Below, in pieces: positions 27,063 to 40,111 of a DNA stretch of 64,000 nucleotides (positions are counted from its first letter, which is position 1; each line of letters begins with the position of its first letter). The notes beneath the pieces were generated by a model that saw only the letters and a program-made list of their open reading frames with translations, had not been told where the DNA came from and ran no database searches. The DNA is from Zootoca vivipara (lineage: Eukaryota). Made by a program: the position numbers and the translations under genes. The stretch lies in assembly GCF_963506605.1 (NCBI RefSeq), contig NC_083278.1:20708001-20772000 (forward strand), in the 5' to 3' direction.

Positions 27063-28438
27063 TGATAATGCTGACAATGATAGAAGAGGGATAGAACTAA
27101 GGCTGCAAGCCTAACTCCATTACCGGAAAGTAAGCTCCACTGAGTTCACTTGAAATGACTTCTGAGTAGACATGGTTAGAATTGTGCAGTAAGACATGGA
27201 TGCTTGAGGAATTTGATCTTTGCAAATTCTGAAATTTACTAACTTGATTCTTGCTACCCAGACTAATGTGAGGATTGGATATTAGTTATCCACTAGCTTT
27301 GACAGTTAGCAAATGTTTAGTTATTTTTTTATGCATTTATTTATTTTAGTAATAGATATACTGATTAATAACAGTGATCTCTGTATGGTGTACAAGAACA
27401 AATGTTCCGATAGATTTCTCAACTAGAAAAAGTGTTATGTGTTTAGAAATGCATTGATTTTGGGAGGGGGGAGTTTAGAAATGTGCATTTTTGAGAGAAA
27501 TGCATATTTAAATGGAAATTTAATTGCAGGAATGAGAAAGAAATCATTTATGGGTAAACACACCCCAAAATGATATTAAAACATCTAATCAGATAATGTT
27601 GCAAAAACGTTTGGTTCTTAGTGAGATGCAAAGGTTTGGTTGGTGGGAAATATAGAACAGAATAGCATAAAGCATGACAAATGTTATGTTGAAAACTTTG
27701 CATAATCTCCTTGCATTATTTTTCCATCAGAATAATTGTGGGTCTACATGTATCATATGGCAGAAGCATCTCAATCTTGTTTTAGTGAAAGGCATGGTTT
27801 CCTATGTAAGTAGCTTTGAGGACTGCAGCCCAAAATATGCTTTAAATAAAGCCATCAAGGGACTGTGACAATTTACTGTAGCAGACAACTCAACACTTAA
27901 CTGCCATTCCAGACTGTAAAAGTTAAATCTCTCCATGATTTTCATAATTGTACTGGCCTGATACCATATTTACAGATGAACATGCCAATAAAACAACTAT
28001 TTATGGATGCTGAGCCTTCTGTTCTGTTATTTCTGCTGCGTTTCTGGTGAGCCCATAATTAAACTTCAAGGCGGCATCCTCTTTTTCTCACGTCTCCATA
28101 TAAAATAATTGCAGGGTACATTCTTGATTAGTTGCACATGGTTTAAATGAATAAATAAAGAAAAATGACACCGGTATATTTACCATTGTCGTATGAAGAG
28201 ATTAATAATGGCGCCTAGGAATCTTATAGTTTGGGACTCAGTTACAACTTAACATTCAGAAATAAAAAGGATGTTTACACTGATTCTATGTACTGTGAGT
28301 GCCTATATGTGTGATATGCATAGTCCCTTCAATGTAAAGCAAGAATATAAGAGGAAAGCAACCCCAAACCTTGAGACAGTATACCACACCTGCATTTTTT
28401 CTGCGTGGGTAAAGGTGAGGCTTATATGAAAGGATATT

Positions 28439-29198
28439 TGTTCTTCGAGCCCCAAAACACCCTCCCCAATATAAATAAAACAAAGTGACAAAGAATTTAA
28501 TTTAAATGTTTTTTGGGCATAATTTTGGCCACAACTTTATTAAAATACACCAAGTGTGACTGGTATTGGCTTAGGCATTGGTATTAAGCTATATCTGGCC
28601 CCTGACCCAAAGCAGGGAGCCAGGAAAGGTAAACATCCAACAGAGGGAGCTCCATCAATGTGTATTGACTGGGCATCACCCCTGGGGTTCCCAGATTCTG
28701 ATATGGCCCTCACCCCTCTGTCGGGTTTCAGACAACCCAGAACCCGGATTCCTTTAACGGAATACCTTCTAAAATTGGAGGGGCAGGCGATGGCCGGCCC
28801 TCCCCTCCCCCCAGATTCCTTCTGACCAATGCCTAACCGCCAAACCTTACAAAGTTGTGACGATTGCTAAGGAGTAGGCAAAAACCAAGTGGCTACAGCC
28901 CATCTGCCACAATGGACAAAATTCCTACCCGGCCCCTGTTCCAAAACAGATGACCAACCAAAGTCCAAAGCAAGGCCAAAGAATTCCTAAATAATGGGTG
29001 GGGGTGCGTGCGTTCGGCAGTTTGAAGCAAGATAAGATCCCCACATCACGCTGCCGTGTATTTTAACCCCCAACCCCCAGACCTTGCCACACTGCCTATT
29101 GGCTAAAGCCATTGGCAAATATGACTCCACCGGCCGAGGGCAGGGCCAGCCCCGCCCCCAGGCCGGTTGGGAATGACGTTCTGGGGCCGAGCACAACA
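28439..29198 (-). mobile_element. Solo-LTR-like element
   Basis: TGTT...AACA termini. On the minus strand: GC box (about 29150), two CCAAT boxes (29098-29115), TATA-like ttaaaata (29059-29066) and AATAAA (28536-28541). Shares 'ggccacaactttatt' with 53664. No TSD found. Confidence 0.6.
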
Positions 29199-30074
29199 TG
29201 GCCCCTCTGTTAAGAGGATCCACTTGCTGAACAGCCCAGTGCTCTGCAATACCCTACGACCAGCTGATCACTGCCACTTTATAAGCTGTGCTTTTGCCTG
29301 CACTGTTTGATTTCAAATCAAATGGCGAAAACCGAGGTGTCAGGTGATAGAGTTCCCTGTATCTATCAAATGTGGCCTGCAGGGGTTGGGAGAAAGAATG
29401 ATCTGTTCCCCACGTCTGGTTGACAGTGTCTGATTGTTTCAATGAGTCATGGTTGACTTGTTTGAATAAGCCATGGTTAAGATACACTACTCAGACTTAA
29501 TACTAAACTGTGGTTTACTGAAAAAATAAGTTGCACCTAGGTTTTTTCTGTAACAGTGGCCATGACAAAGAAGTAGAAGTAAGCGGGGAGAGCAGAAACC
29601 TGACTCTTCTGCATGCAATGTTAAACCAGTGGTAGAGAATCTATACCTGTCCAGGTATTGCTGTATACTAATACCCACCAGTCTCAATTCAGCACGGACA
29701 ATGAACAGCAATATCTGAAGGGCCAGAAGTTCCTCATCCAAGCACTAAACCATTGTTTAGCATTACATCTGAACCATGGCACTGTGGCTCTAGCTTTGGC
29801 AGCACTTGTCCACTCAACCTTTGTGTGCTTTGTTCGGTAGTGATACAGCCTCAGTCATATGTTGGCTTTCTTACAACTATGCTGGTAATTGTTGGCTATC
29901 TGCTGGCACATTTCCAAAGGGACTACTGCCCCTCTGTGTTCTGAGGGGGCCCCTTCCATTTCACACTCCTAGGTACCTCATCTGTCTTTAGTTATTTCTG
30001 CTGCAACCCCTTGTGTGTTGCATTAATTTGCCGTTGGTTCTCTCTATGTTACACCATTGCATATTTCAATTAGG

Positions 30075-30175
30075 TAGTTGTGTTAGTCTGTTACAGCATT
30101 TTTTTTTTAAAAAAAATAGCAGCCTATTTATCGTGACAATGTGATGTAAGCTTTCATGAACCAGAGGTCATTTTG
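30075..30175. mobile_element. Degraded Penelope-like terminal fragment
   Basis: 'tagttgtgttagtctgttacagc...taagctttcatg' resembles the reptile Penelope pseudo-LTR. Confidence 0.4.
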
Positions 30176-31202
30176 CCAGTAAATAAACATGCCAATAACA
30201 CATTTTGTTCACATAGTAAATGCAACACTGAACCTCCTTGAAAACTTGAATACCCCTGACAAATATTACAGCCAAGACAAAATTAGCAACGAAATACATT
30301 AAATGTTTTGAGAGCTTGTTGCTTCTTTGGGAATGCTTTCAGAATCCATTCTTACTCTGATAAGTAGTTTAGAACTGAGTACTGAACCACTCAGCAAAAT
30401 TGCAGTTACAGCTGCTATCATGCAGATGAAAATAACTTTTCTTTATCTCAGAAAGGCTGGATTCATTCCATTTTTTTCAAAAAAATTATCTTGAGCAAAT
30501 GCACTTCCCTGTAGTACTGTTAAGTGGCAGTGTTCAGAACTCACTTAGCATGCATTACAACACAAACTAGCTTGTAGTGACTTAATCCTCTCTGTAAATA
30601 CCCCCCCTTTTTTTTTTACTTCACCAACTTTCTGAGCTTGTTGTTGTTAGTTGGTGTATGGAGTGTATTGTTGCAGAATGGCCTCTTGGTTCATGTCTCC
30701 AGCCAAGACAAACATTAATCAAGGATGAATTCAACAGGGTTCCTTGAATTGCTAGTTGGTAAACACTTTTATTAGTAATAGGTTCCATCTGTTTAATGTT
30801 CAGCTTCCTCCAGTAGCAGTTGGTAGCAAAGCTGTTGAGTCACTTACTGAGCTTTCATTGGCATGATAAAAGTGGTGAAAATATCTTAAGCAGCCTCGTG
30901 TTCAAATAGATGCCTATGTGGGAAGAATTCCAGATGTGCATCAGATACCCTGAAGAAGGCTCTACCCTGCCCATTTAAAGGTGATTTGAAAGCCATAGAA
31001 GTACAATGCAGACATTTTCCTGAACATTTCAAAATGGGGCAAACTTCATTTCTCATTAATGAATTTTTGAGTAGTTTGTGTGATATAAACCCTGTCTTGC
31101 AGGATTTTTTTTCTTTTTAGCATTGCTGGAATTATTTAGTCTGGAAGTGGCCATGTGACCTGCAAAAGCATGTACAGAAACCACCCAAAACACTCAAACA
31201 AA

Positions 31203-31327
31203 CACCTGGGGTGTCCAGGTAGGACTGGAAGAAATAATCTGAAACCCTGGAGCGCTGTTGCTGGTCAGCAGAGACAATACTGAGTTAAATAGACCAATGT
31301 GCACATAAGGCAGCTTCCTATGTTCCT
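31203..31327 (+). mobile_element. Old squamate SINE 3' part with CR1-type tail
   Basis: 'ctgaaaccctggagcgctgttgctggtcagcagagacaatactgag...gaccaat...ataaggcagcttcctatgttcct'. Confidence 0.6.
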
Positions 31328-34300
31328 GTGTTAGAGTTAGATAGATCAGACAGGCAAACACATTTGACATGGCATGGTTATTTAGATGCAATGGCACAGC
31401 AAAATGAGGAACTAAAATAAAACAGGAAACAACCAGCACTTATAGTTTACCATTAAAAACCCTACCAAATTATAATCAGTGTGTGATATACTAGTTACCA
31501 GGTTCATTCTTAAGGAAAATATTGCTTTCCAAAGTTGAAAGAGATAGATGTTCCACACTTCAAAGTTTTTCTTCTTCTCTTTTTGGGCTTTGTATGTAAT
31601 GGCCTCAGCAGATTATTGCACATCCAGACCACTTGTAAGAGAGTTAGGTTGTGCTGCAAAATTGATTTCCAGGCTTTGAAATCTGTCTGGAAAATGGATG
31701 CCCCCAGCCTAAAATGCGGAAGTTGACCATTTCTGTAATAAATATTTGGGAGAGGATTGGGATGTCAATGGTATTGTCTTAGAAGAGGCTTGAAACAGGG
31801 ATGTATAGACCCATAAAGCTCAAGTGTCTGCTGCTGACTTCTTGCTTTCACTCTAAGTATGAATGTGACCTTGGAGCTGCATTAAAACAAAGAGGGAAAT
31901 GGCCCACAGCCACCAGTAGTAAAGTCACCAGTGGGACTTAGCCATTAATATATTGACCTGAACTGCTGAATATGCATGGGTTAGCCAGGACAAAGCAGGT
32001 TGTGTCCTGAGAATGGACCCCCAAATAATGGATGCAATGCATGACATATGTATAGAGAAAATGCTGCCCCACTCAAAACAACATGCTGGTAAATAAATAA
32101 TGCTGAGAGAATTAAGTAACCTTAAGTAGATTTATTTCTTTTCTGTGTTTGCCTTCCATTTATGTCTTGGTTTTGAGTCACAGAAACTCTGCAAGAGAGT
32201 ATGGCAATAAAGGCCACATCAATAGTCATACATTTGAAATTTACAAGACACAAGAGATTGATCAGTCACTAAAACACTGCCTAGGCTTGTTGCTGCCTAA
32301 ACTGTGAATAGTTTTATATGTTTCTGCCTCATATTTAGATGGGATTCCAGCTGTTGCCTATATGTCTGATATTTAGTCAAATGGCTGTTCCTGGTTTTTT
32401 AATGTTGTCAAGCTTCCTTGCTGAGGGAAGAGACAGATACTGCAGATGGAGAAGTCAGTGAACCATCAAACTATTAAGTAAGAATAGGGAACTGTTTATT
32501 TCTAGAACATATGCATGACAGTAAATAGCAACACAAATATATAGCTTTTTCACTGAAAACATCAAAACATAAGTGTTCCTGTTCTTTGATACCAGATACT
32601 GAATACTTTCTTACATGGAAATACAAAGAAACAGGAAACAGCAAATTTGAAAATTGATTCCCCTGCCTTATTATGGTCAGCAGTAATGGCAGCAGAGATA
32701 GGTTTTTTTAAGCTATCATATTTTAAATTGATAGTATTTTTTTCTACTCAACTACCCCCCATTGTTATCATTCTCATACTTTCAGAATATGAAATAGTAC
32801 CGTACTTTTTCAGCATTGGCAAATATCAATAAGATTTCAGAGAGTTTCCAAGCAAAACAAATTAGATCAGCCATATTGCTGGGAGGGTGGGGGACTTCCA
32901 GATCTTCTTTTACTCCAGCTCCCATGTCGCATGCAGCATGGTCACTGGTGAGTGATGATGAAATATTGAGGGGGGCAGAGGAGGCCTGGCGGGATGTTGC
33001 CCCAGGCCATGCAGTGTTTTGAGATGCCGTGAGCAGCAGCATGGCCCGGTGGGCAAATGTCACATCCGGATATTGTGCACGTGGCACCAGCCCCCACCAA
33101 TGTTGGGCACAATTTGGTGCCTGGGAAACTACACATGTTCGTAGAAGAAATGACTGACTGTTCTTTCCCCCCCACATACAGCTATTTAATGAAAGAGAAT
33201 CAAATGTCATGTTATACTGCAACCAATGTTTATGATAGCCCCTTCTACATTGCAAAATGCCCTGAGGAGGATAGGCTTTGCACTGAAATAGCGTCTTCAG
33301 TTGGGGGAGTAGCATCTGCCCTGCTGACTACTTTCCATCTGAAATTCTGTCCAATTGCCCCTCCCCTTGGCATTGCACATTTGCATTTGAAAGAGACCTA
33401 TTTCTGGGATGCCGGTGAGAGTTTCATGAGGAGAGCAGTTAGCAAGACAACAATGAAATACCTTTTCTCTCTCCAACCCTCTTTCCCTTTTTGACTGCAA
33501 AGCATCACTTTCCAAGGGCACTTTGAAACAAATAAGGATCCATTAGGCTCATGTAATATGCAACTGCATTGCAATATATAGTTTTGCTCTATGGTACTTA
33601 TATGACAAATATAAACTAAGACTGGAGCATAGTCATCATATGATATTATAATTCCTACTCATGTCAGAATCAGGTGATATCCCGATATATTTATGACAAT
33701 CTTAAAGATAAGTCATCAGCCTGTTGCTTAGGAACATTATGTAATATGTGATCTCCCTGGTCACAATTAAAAGTCCTTAAACATCAGATTTAGCAAGAAA
33801 ATAGTTGAGCAGTTCCTTAATTTCCTGATGATGCTTACAGTTCAATACAATGTTCTGTTCAGTTGTAGTCTGAAATCTTTGTGGTCAGTATTGCATCAAT
33901 ATTCCATTTAATTGGCGCCTGCACAAAGTTTATGCAATAGAAGTTTTTAGATATTGTCAGCAGTTTTCTTCAAAATCATTAACAAGCCAACATGTAGTAC
34001 TAATTTATCTTGGCTTTAATAATATGCAGAAGTTGAAGTCGTTTAAAAGCAAAGCAAATGTCTTATTTGAATAGCTTTCCAGAGCAATTTCAAGCCATTC
34101 TGGTGAGGAATTGCTGTTCTTTTGTAGTTGCATGCCACTTCGCTTAAAGAAATGAGTAGCTCCTTGTAAGCAGCCTATATAAATCTCTGTATTAAGCAAA
34201 TGCCAGTTTTTATGGAAGTACTGGAAAAATCAGGCAAATGGCCAAAGTTTAGGGATGAAGTGAATACTTTAAAAGAGTGAAAGAGTGCAAGGGAAAGAAT

Positions 34301-34912
34301 TATTGTATTCTGAAGTCCATTACTTAGGGAACAGTTTTAAATTTCAAAAGATGTTACATTTTAGCTTATCTTTTTAAGTGAGTTCAAATGATTGAAGCAA
34401 ATTGACATACAATATAAATTTAAACAGGGAAATGGGGATGAAAGCTTAATGAAAAATTTAAGGTATAACTTGTACTGATTTTCTTTACTATTTTACTTTT
34501 ACAATTTAACAGACATTTGCACATGATACCAGAACCATGAGAGAGTGGAGTTACTCAGAAACATTTTTCTCTCCCAGTCATCATCTACATGATTGGCCCA
34601 TATCATGTGATATTGGTGTCTATGGGATCATGATATCACAGGGACACAGCTCCCACACACATATAAATATATGTAAGTGGGACTATTCTTCAACGAAGTT
34701 TAATTCCTACTCATAAAATTCTCTTTATGTTAATATGTCTGTTTCCTCATTTGCTTAAACAGGTACTGTTTCTCTATGTTGAGAAATGAACCTGCCAATA
34801 ATGTGGTCTAACTGAAAAAGTAGAAGAATTTAAACCTATTTTCAGGCCGTAGGTTTCCTGTAAGGATTAGCTTCTCAGCCTTACTAATATTTACCTACTG
34901 TGTTTTACAGAA

Positions 34913-34933
34913 ATCGCTGTCCTTGGTGCTTCT
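34913..34933 (-). promoter_or_regulatory. Candidate RE1/NRSE (REST-binding) element
   Basis: Minus strand agaAGCACCAAGGACAGCGat compared with consensus TTCAGCACCnnGGACAGCGCC. Canonical spacing and intact right half; left end mismatched. Confidence 0.45.
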
Positions 34934-35511
34934 TCTTTGTTAGCACAAGTCAGAAAAGTTTAACTAAATCGCCACCCTCCCTCAAACGTTTAGCTATCAA
35001 GGATTAAGCAACAGGAAGGAGGAAAGTTCTGCATCTGCAGAAATCTGAGTCATAGGCACAGCACAGCAATATTATGTAAATTTGTTACAGTAAAAATAGC
35101 TTTGAACACAGGGCGTGCATTTTTTTAGCATTGGGGTGGAAAATGTGTAGTGGGCGTTCCTTACCCACATGTTCTTGAACAGATCATAGGATATAAAATG
35201 AAATATGACTTGCCTTTTCCATAATATTTAAATAATGTACATATGGCCCTGGGTGATTTATCTTTTCAACTATAACTTGAATGACTAATTTATATCATAA
35301 CGTTCCTTGAACTGGTGGACATGAACTGGGGTATTATAGATTTCTCTGCTATATCATGGTTACATGATAGTCACAGAGCAGCTGCTTCTAATTTTAGGTT
35401 AATTATAAAACAGATTTGCTTGATTCTTTGCATAGCTTTAATTGTATAATTCATCCAAGCAAGGTCCCATCAGAAGCAAATACAGTACACTTTACAATAT
35501 AGGACATAGAT

Positions 35512-35646
35512 CAGGTATAGGCAAACTTGGCCCTCCAGATGTTTTGGGACTACAACTCCCATGATCCCTAGCTAACCGGACCAGTGGTCAGGGATGATGG
35601 GGATTGTAGTTCCAAAACATCTGGAGGGCCGAGTTTCCCAAGTCTG
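35512..35646. mobile_element. Palindromic hAT MITE
   Basis: Same family as 43386. TSD acatagat / gcaaagat. Confidence 0.88.
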
Positions 35647-36467
35647 GCAAAGATACTGTCTCATTGTGCATGAATAGGTTGCTGTAAGCAGAATGGTTTT
35701 TCATAGCTTCATATTAACCTATCCATTCTATGGGTCTATAGAGTGTGAATCAACTCTGTGTGTGCCATGAATTAAGAGGTGAATCAGGGAACTTTGGTAA
35801 ACACTCATGTTTCTGAATCAGATAGTGCCACTAATAAGGCATTTTGAGGTGGACAAAGGACTCCCTTAGATTCCGAGTGGCTCAGTGGCCTCAGATGTCC
35901 CCCCCCCCAAAAAAAAACCACAAACATTGTTTCTTCCTGGGAAACAAAAGCAAGCCTATTGGGTAAGTGGGGTGTGGGGGAATCTTCTGTTTTGAGAAGG
36001 AAGTCTAAGATCTCAACCACAGTGAATTATTTCCATCCCACTTGCCTGATGCAAATCAGCTGAGAGGAAACCACTTTCCTAGGGAGAAGCTACATCCTCA
36101 GAAATCATCACATAGAAAGGAAGTTCCTTTCTTAAGGCTCCTTGGTTAAATATATTCTAAATCAGCATGGATGTACAATGTGCAATTCCTGCTTGGTGCC
36201 ACAATGATAACCGGTAACTATTAGTTTGCACTGGTGCCATACTTCAGAGGGCTTTTGGCATGGTCCTGCCAATGAGCCTTTGCCAACCCTCCTCCCAACA
36301 CAGCATATCCTCTTGCTTACCTTTCTGCCCCCTCTCTGACTTTAAAAAAGAAAACAATCCCACCTTTTTGTTGTTGCGGTAACAGCAATATATAGAAAGA
36401 CTTGTTAAGCTTTTAAAGTTGGAGGTTTTTTTTTTTAAGACAAAGAGATAGAGACTGGGGGTGACCA

Positions 36468-36781
36468 GCTAGTCGGCTGCTGAAGATGGTAGCTGGGCCC
36501 TTGCACTGCAAGGGTTTGGCGAAGCGCGCGCACATCATGGTGGGACTTGGCGCTTCGGCAGCTCCTGCTGCCATGCCCTGAGGGTCCCTTCCCCGAGGGG
36601 GAGATGGGAAAGGCAAGAGGCAGCCCTCTGGGTGGACAGCGCTCCGACAGGACAGAGGGGCTCCGAAAGGGAGTCCTTCAGCTGTCTGGTGGCGGGCGCT
36701 GCATGGCTGCTGCAGGCCCAGCGCGGCGCCCTGGCGCCCTGGCGCATTGCGCCACCCAGCCTTGCCTTAGGGCTGGCCCTG
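36468..36781. mobile_element. GC-rich non-autonomous hAT fragment (right end)
   Basis: Terminus 'ggcgccctggcgcattgcgcc...agggctggccctg'. Left TIR not visible. Confidence 0.6.
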
Positions 36782-38203
36782 GGTGACTGTTTGGGCTAGT
36801 GAGCATTTCTTATGAGCAGTGGGGCCTTGGCAGTGCCTGACCTGGCCAACCATTGGTGATGGGCCTGCTATTAGTTGTGGTTTGGTGCAAATCGAAAAGG
36901 ACTCAAATATTTGGTGGCAAAGTTAGAAAAATATATAGACAGAAGAAGAGAGAAAGAGGTCCTTAATTCCAAGATGACCCCTGACAAATGAGTGTGCTTG
37001 ACACAGAACACCACACAGAGTTATTCACATATACAACACAGCAGTTATTTTTAACTTTTCCTGAGCAACAGCTCTGCCCACCAACTAATTTCTAAACTCT
37101 GTTTCAGGCTCCCACACTCTAGCATGCTGGAAGTAGAATACACCTCCTTTTATGATTTGTCGAGAAAGAGCCATGGTACAAAGAAATATTTTTAATATTT
37201 TTATTTGTAACCTGTCCTGTTAAAAATAAGACAAAAAAAACACCACAAAAACACATGGCCAGCAGTTCAATATGATGCATCTGTTTCTATACTGCAGGGG
37301 TTGTGAATGCAGTGTCTGCATGCACACATATGCCCATGGAGGCCTTCCTTGGTATTGTACTTGCAGGGTCCCCACCACCACAGCAAGAAATAATAATATT
37401 AATGTTCTGTTGTAACCTAGAATAGGTTGGTTGTGGTGTGTATATTTGCAAAGTACCTTGTGAGTCTTACTTAAACTATTCTTCTGAAACCTCCTAGTCA
37501 TTTAAAACAGAGAGTATTTGTGAGAATCATGAGTGAGCAAAAGTAGAGAATCATATCTGGCCTGTTGACATTTATAACTTCAGCACCCTGGATAGAGATC
37601 TGAGCACCTTAATAGATTACCCAGCTGTCCAAAACGGACTTTTTGCCTTGAAAGCCTCCTTTAAAATAGTCAGTTCTCATCTTAAAACAGAACTAAATTT
37701 ATAACATTATAGAATTCTACCACCATTTGTTGAAAAATGATGCTCAACCTGAACAAGACAACCGATCTGTGGCTTAGCAGCAAAAAAAACCCTGTTTTCT
37801 GGTGGCCATCATTCTTGCTGAATAAGTTGCTCACCTCTGGTCTAAGAACTGCAAGGCGCAATCACCATTAAAGTAGCCTTGTGAGCACAATCTGTTATGG
37901 TTTAACAGGCTTTTATGTTTAACCCCGCCCCCCGCCCCCTGATAATATTTTCAAATCAGACCTGGAAAATTCAGAAACTTTTTGCGTTTGCTGTCTCTAG
38001 TCCAATTTACTGGATATCTCAGAGCGAGACAGATTCAATTACATACCTGCCATGCAAACTTGGTGTGAAAGTTTGCACATAAGCCGTGAAAATATAGGTT
38101 TGCAGTTACATGTATTTTTTATGAAAAGGAAGCTCAAAAAAAGGGGGGGGAAAGAGAAAAAGGAAGAGGGTAAACTGATTCCTTCCTCTGATGTAAGAAA
38201 TAT

Positions 38204-38808
38204 AGGTAAAGGTAAAGGTGCCCCTGACCATCAGGTCCAGTCCTGTCCGACTCTGGGGTTGCGGCACTCATCTCGCTCTATAGGCCGAGGGAGCTGACGT
38301 TTGTCCGCAGACAGCTTCCGGGTCATGTGTCCAGCATGACAAAGCTGCTTCTGGCGAACCAGAGCAGCGCACAGAAACGCCGTTTACCTTCCCTCCGGTT
38401 GTTGTTGTTGTTTAGTCGTTTAGTCGTGTCCGACTCTTTGTGACCCCATGGACCAGAGCACGCCAGGCACTCCTGTCTTGCACTGCCTCCCGCAGTTTGG
38501 TCAAACTCATGTTCGTAGCTTCGAGAACACTGTCCAACCATCTCGTCCTCTGTCGTCCCCTTCTCCTAGTGCCCTCCATCTTTCCCAACATCAGGGTCTT
38601 TTCCAAGGATTCTTCTCTTTTCATGAGAAGAGTGCTTCCCTCCGGAGCACTCCCTATTTATCTACTTGCACTTTGATGTGCTTTCGAACTGCTAGGTGGG
38701 CAGGAGCTGGGACCGAGCAACGGGAGCTCACCCCGTTGCAGGGATTTGAACCACCGACCTTCTGATCAGCAAGCCCTAGACTTTGTGGTTTAACCCACAG
38801 CGCCACCT
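38204..38808 (-). mobile_element. Sauria SINE interrupted by BovB
   Basis: SINE 3' half 38204-38398 and 5' half 38635-38808 join through the duplicated cttccctccgg. Confidence 0.93.
38399..38634 (-). mobile_element. 5'-truncated BovB nested in the Sauria SINE
   Basis: ORF 38412-38624(-) gives the BovB C-terminus. (AAC)n tail. 11-bp TSD cttccctccgg at 38388-38398 and 38635-38645. Confidence 0.95.
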
Positions 38809-38844
38809 TAAAGTTTCTCAAATAACAGCAAGGATACTATATAG

Positions 38845-38984
38845 CAATGTTCTCCAACCTTGGGTCCCCACATGTCATTGAACTGCAACACCCATCATTC
38901 TTCATTATTTGCTAAGCTTCCTGGAGAAGATGGATGTTGCAGGCCAAAAACATCTGGGAGCCGGCTGAAGGTTGAAGTATGCTG
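38845..38984. mobile_element. Degraded palindromic hAT MITE
   Basis: 'ctccaaccttgggtccccacatgt...aacatctgggagccggctgaaggttgaagtatgctg'. Confidence 0.65.
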
Positions 38985-39374
38985 CTATGCGTAGCAGATA
39001 AAAATGACCCAGCTATATGCCTGTGGAAATTCCATATTTGGGAAAGGATAGCTAAAGAACAAAGACAACAACTCCCCCTGGTATCTTGTTCAAGGGATGA
39101 TACTATCCATGAATGGAATTACACTTCATCCACCTGACATGGCAGAGAAGGACAGTGTTGCATCACCACATGGATTGTAGTCACACACTCTATATGCAGA
39201 TATCAAGAGAGGGCAGAATGAGTGCAAGGACAACCTAAATGTGCACTACATCTGGCCAGACTGCTTTCATGGTTTAGGGTTGAAGTTTAGGAGAATCTGG
39301 TTGCACATTACCCAAATAGGATATTTTTCACCCTCAACCAAATTAGCACTCACAGACCTGTTTTAATTTTTATA

Positions 39375-39375
39375 A

Positions 39376-39424
<49 letters not shown>
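39375..39424. repeat. (AAT)n microsatellite
   Basis: Direct reading. Confidence 0.95.
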
Positions 39425-39425
<1 letters not shown>

Positions 39426-39870
39426 CCCACACATCTGGCTGGGTTTCCCTAGCCACACTTCATACTTTTTTAAATCTAGGATTTTGTGGTTAGTGCAAGG
39501 AGAAGCACTAACCTGCCTTAAGCTGGGTGAACCTGCCCAGCCCTGGTTTGGAGGCACTGCTACACCACTGTCAGGTGTGAAGGAGAAATACTCCCTGAGC
39601 CCAAAGTTTCTAGATGTGTGAGCTCCAAAAGAGTTCCTTTATCCATATTCCCATCCCAAAGACATGAATGGCAAATTCAGGGAATCTCCTTTCACCATCC
39701 TGGTGCTCATCAATACCAGTTCTAAAATTTGGCGCATTATTATTTACGTTGATCCCTTGGACTAGGGTGGAATCCTTGGTACATATCTCTCTATTATATG
39801 TGTTCTATATATTTATATAGTATTTTGAGGCATCTTTTCCTTTCTTGGTATGTTTTCTTGGATGGCTTAT

Positions 39871-40111
39871 CATAGTAGGTTCACCCCCCCCCCCCCATTT
39901 TGATAAATTACTCCCAATATTAATAGAATGCAAGGGGGGCAACTTGAATAAAATGTGGGGGGGGGGAGGTAAGCCGCACTCTGCATAATCGATCACATGA
40001 TGTAGTGTGTACACACCATTTGAATGACAATGCCCATCAATTTTCTGGGGGGTGGGTGGGCACTCAAATATTTTAGGGGGGGATCTTGGCCCCTAGAAGT
40101 TGGCTTCTATG
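39871..40111. mobile_element. Degraded non-autonomous DNA element
   Basis: catag...ctatg termini with homopolymer-rich inverted subterminal arms ('cccaatatt' / 'aaatatttt'). Confidence 0.45.

Noticed and set aside
32926-33150. Myb/SANT-like remnant (AAWSL...ARW...QCW)
   Set aside because: It has an in-frame stop and the spacing is too loose to support without a profile search.
36460-36789. ggtgacca / ggtgactg as the TSD of the GC-rich element
   Set aside because: No left TIR follows the first copy, so the match may be chance.
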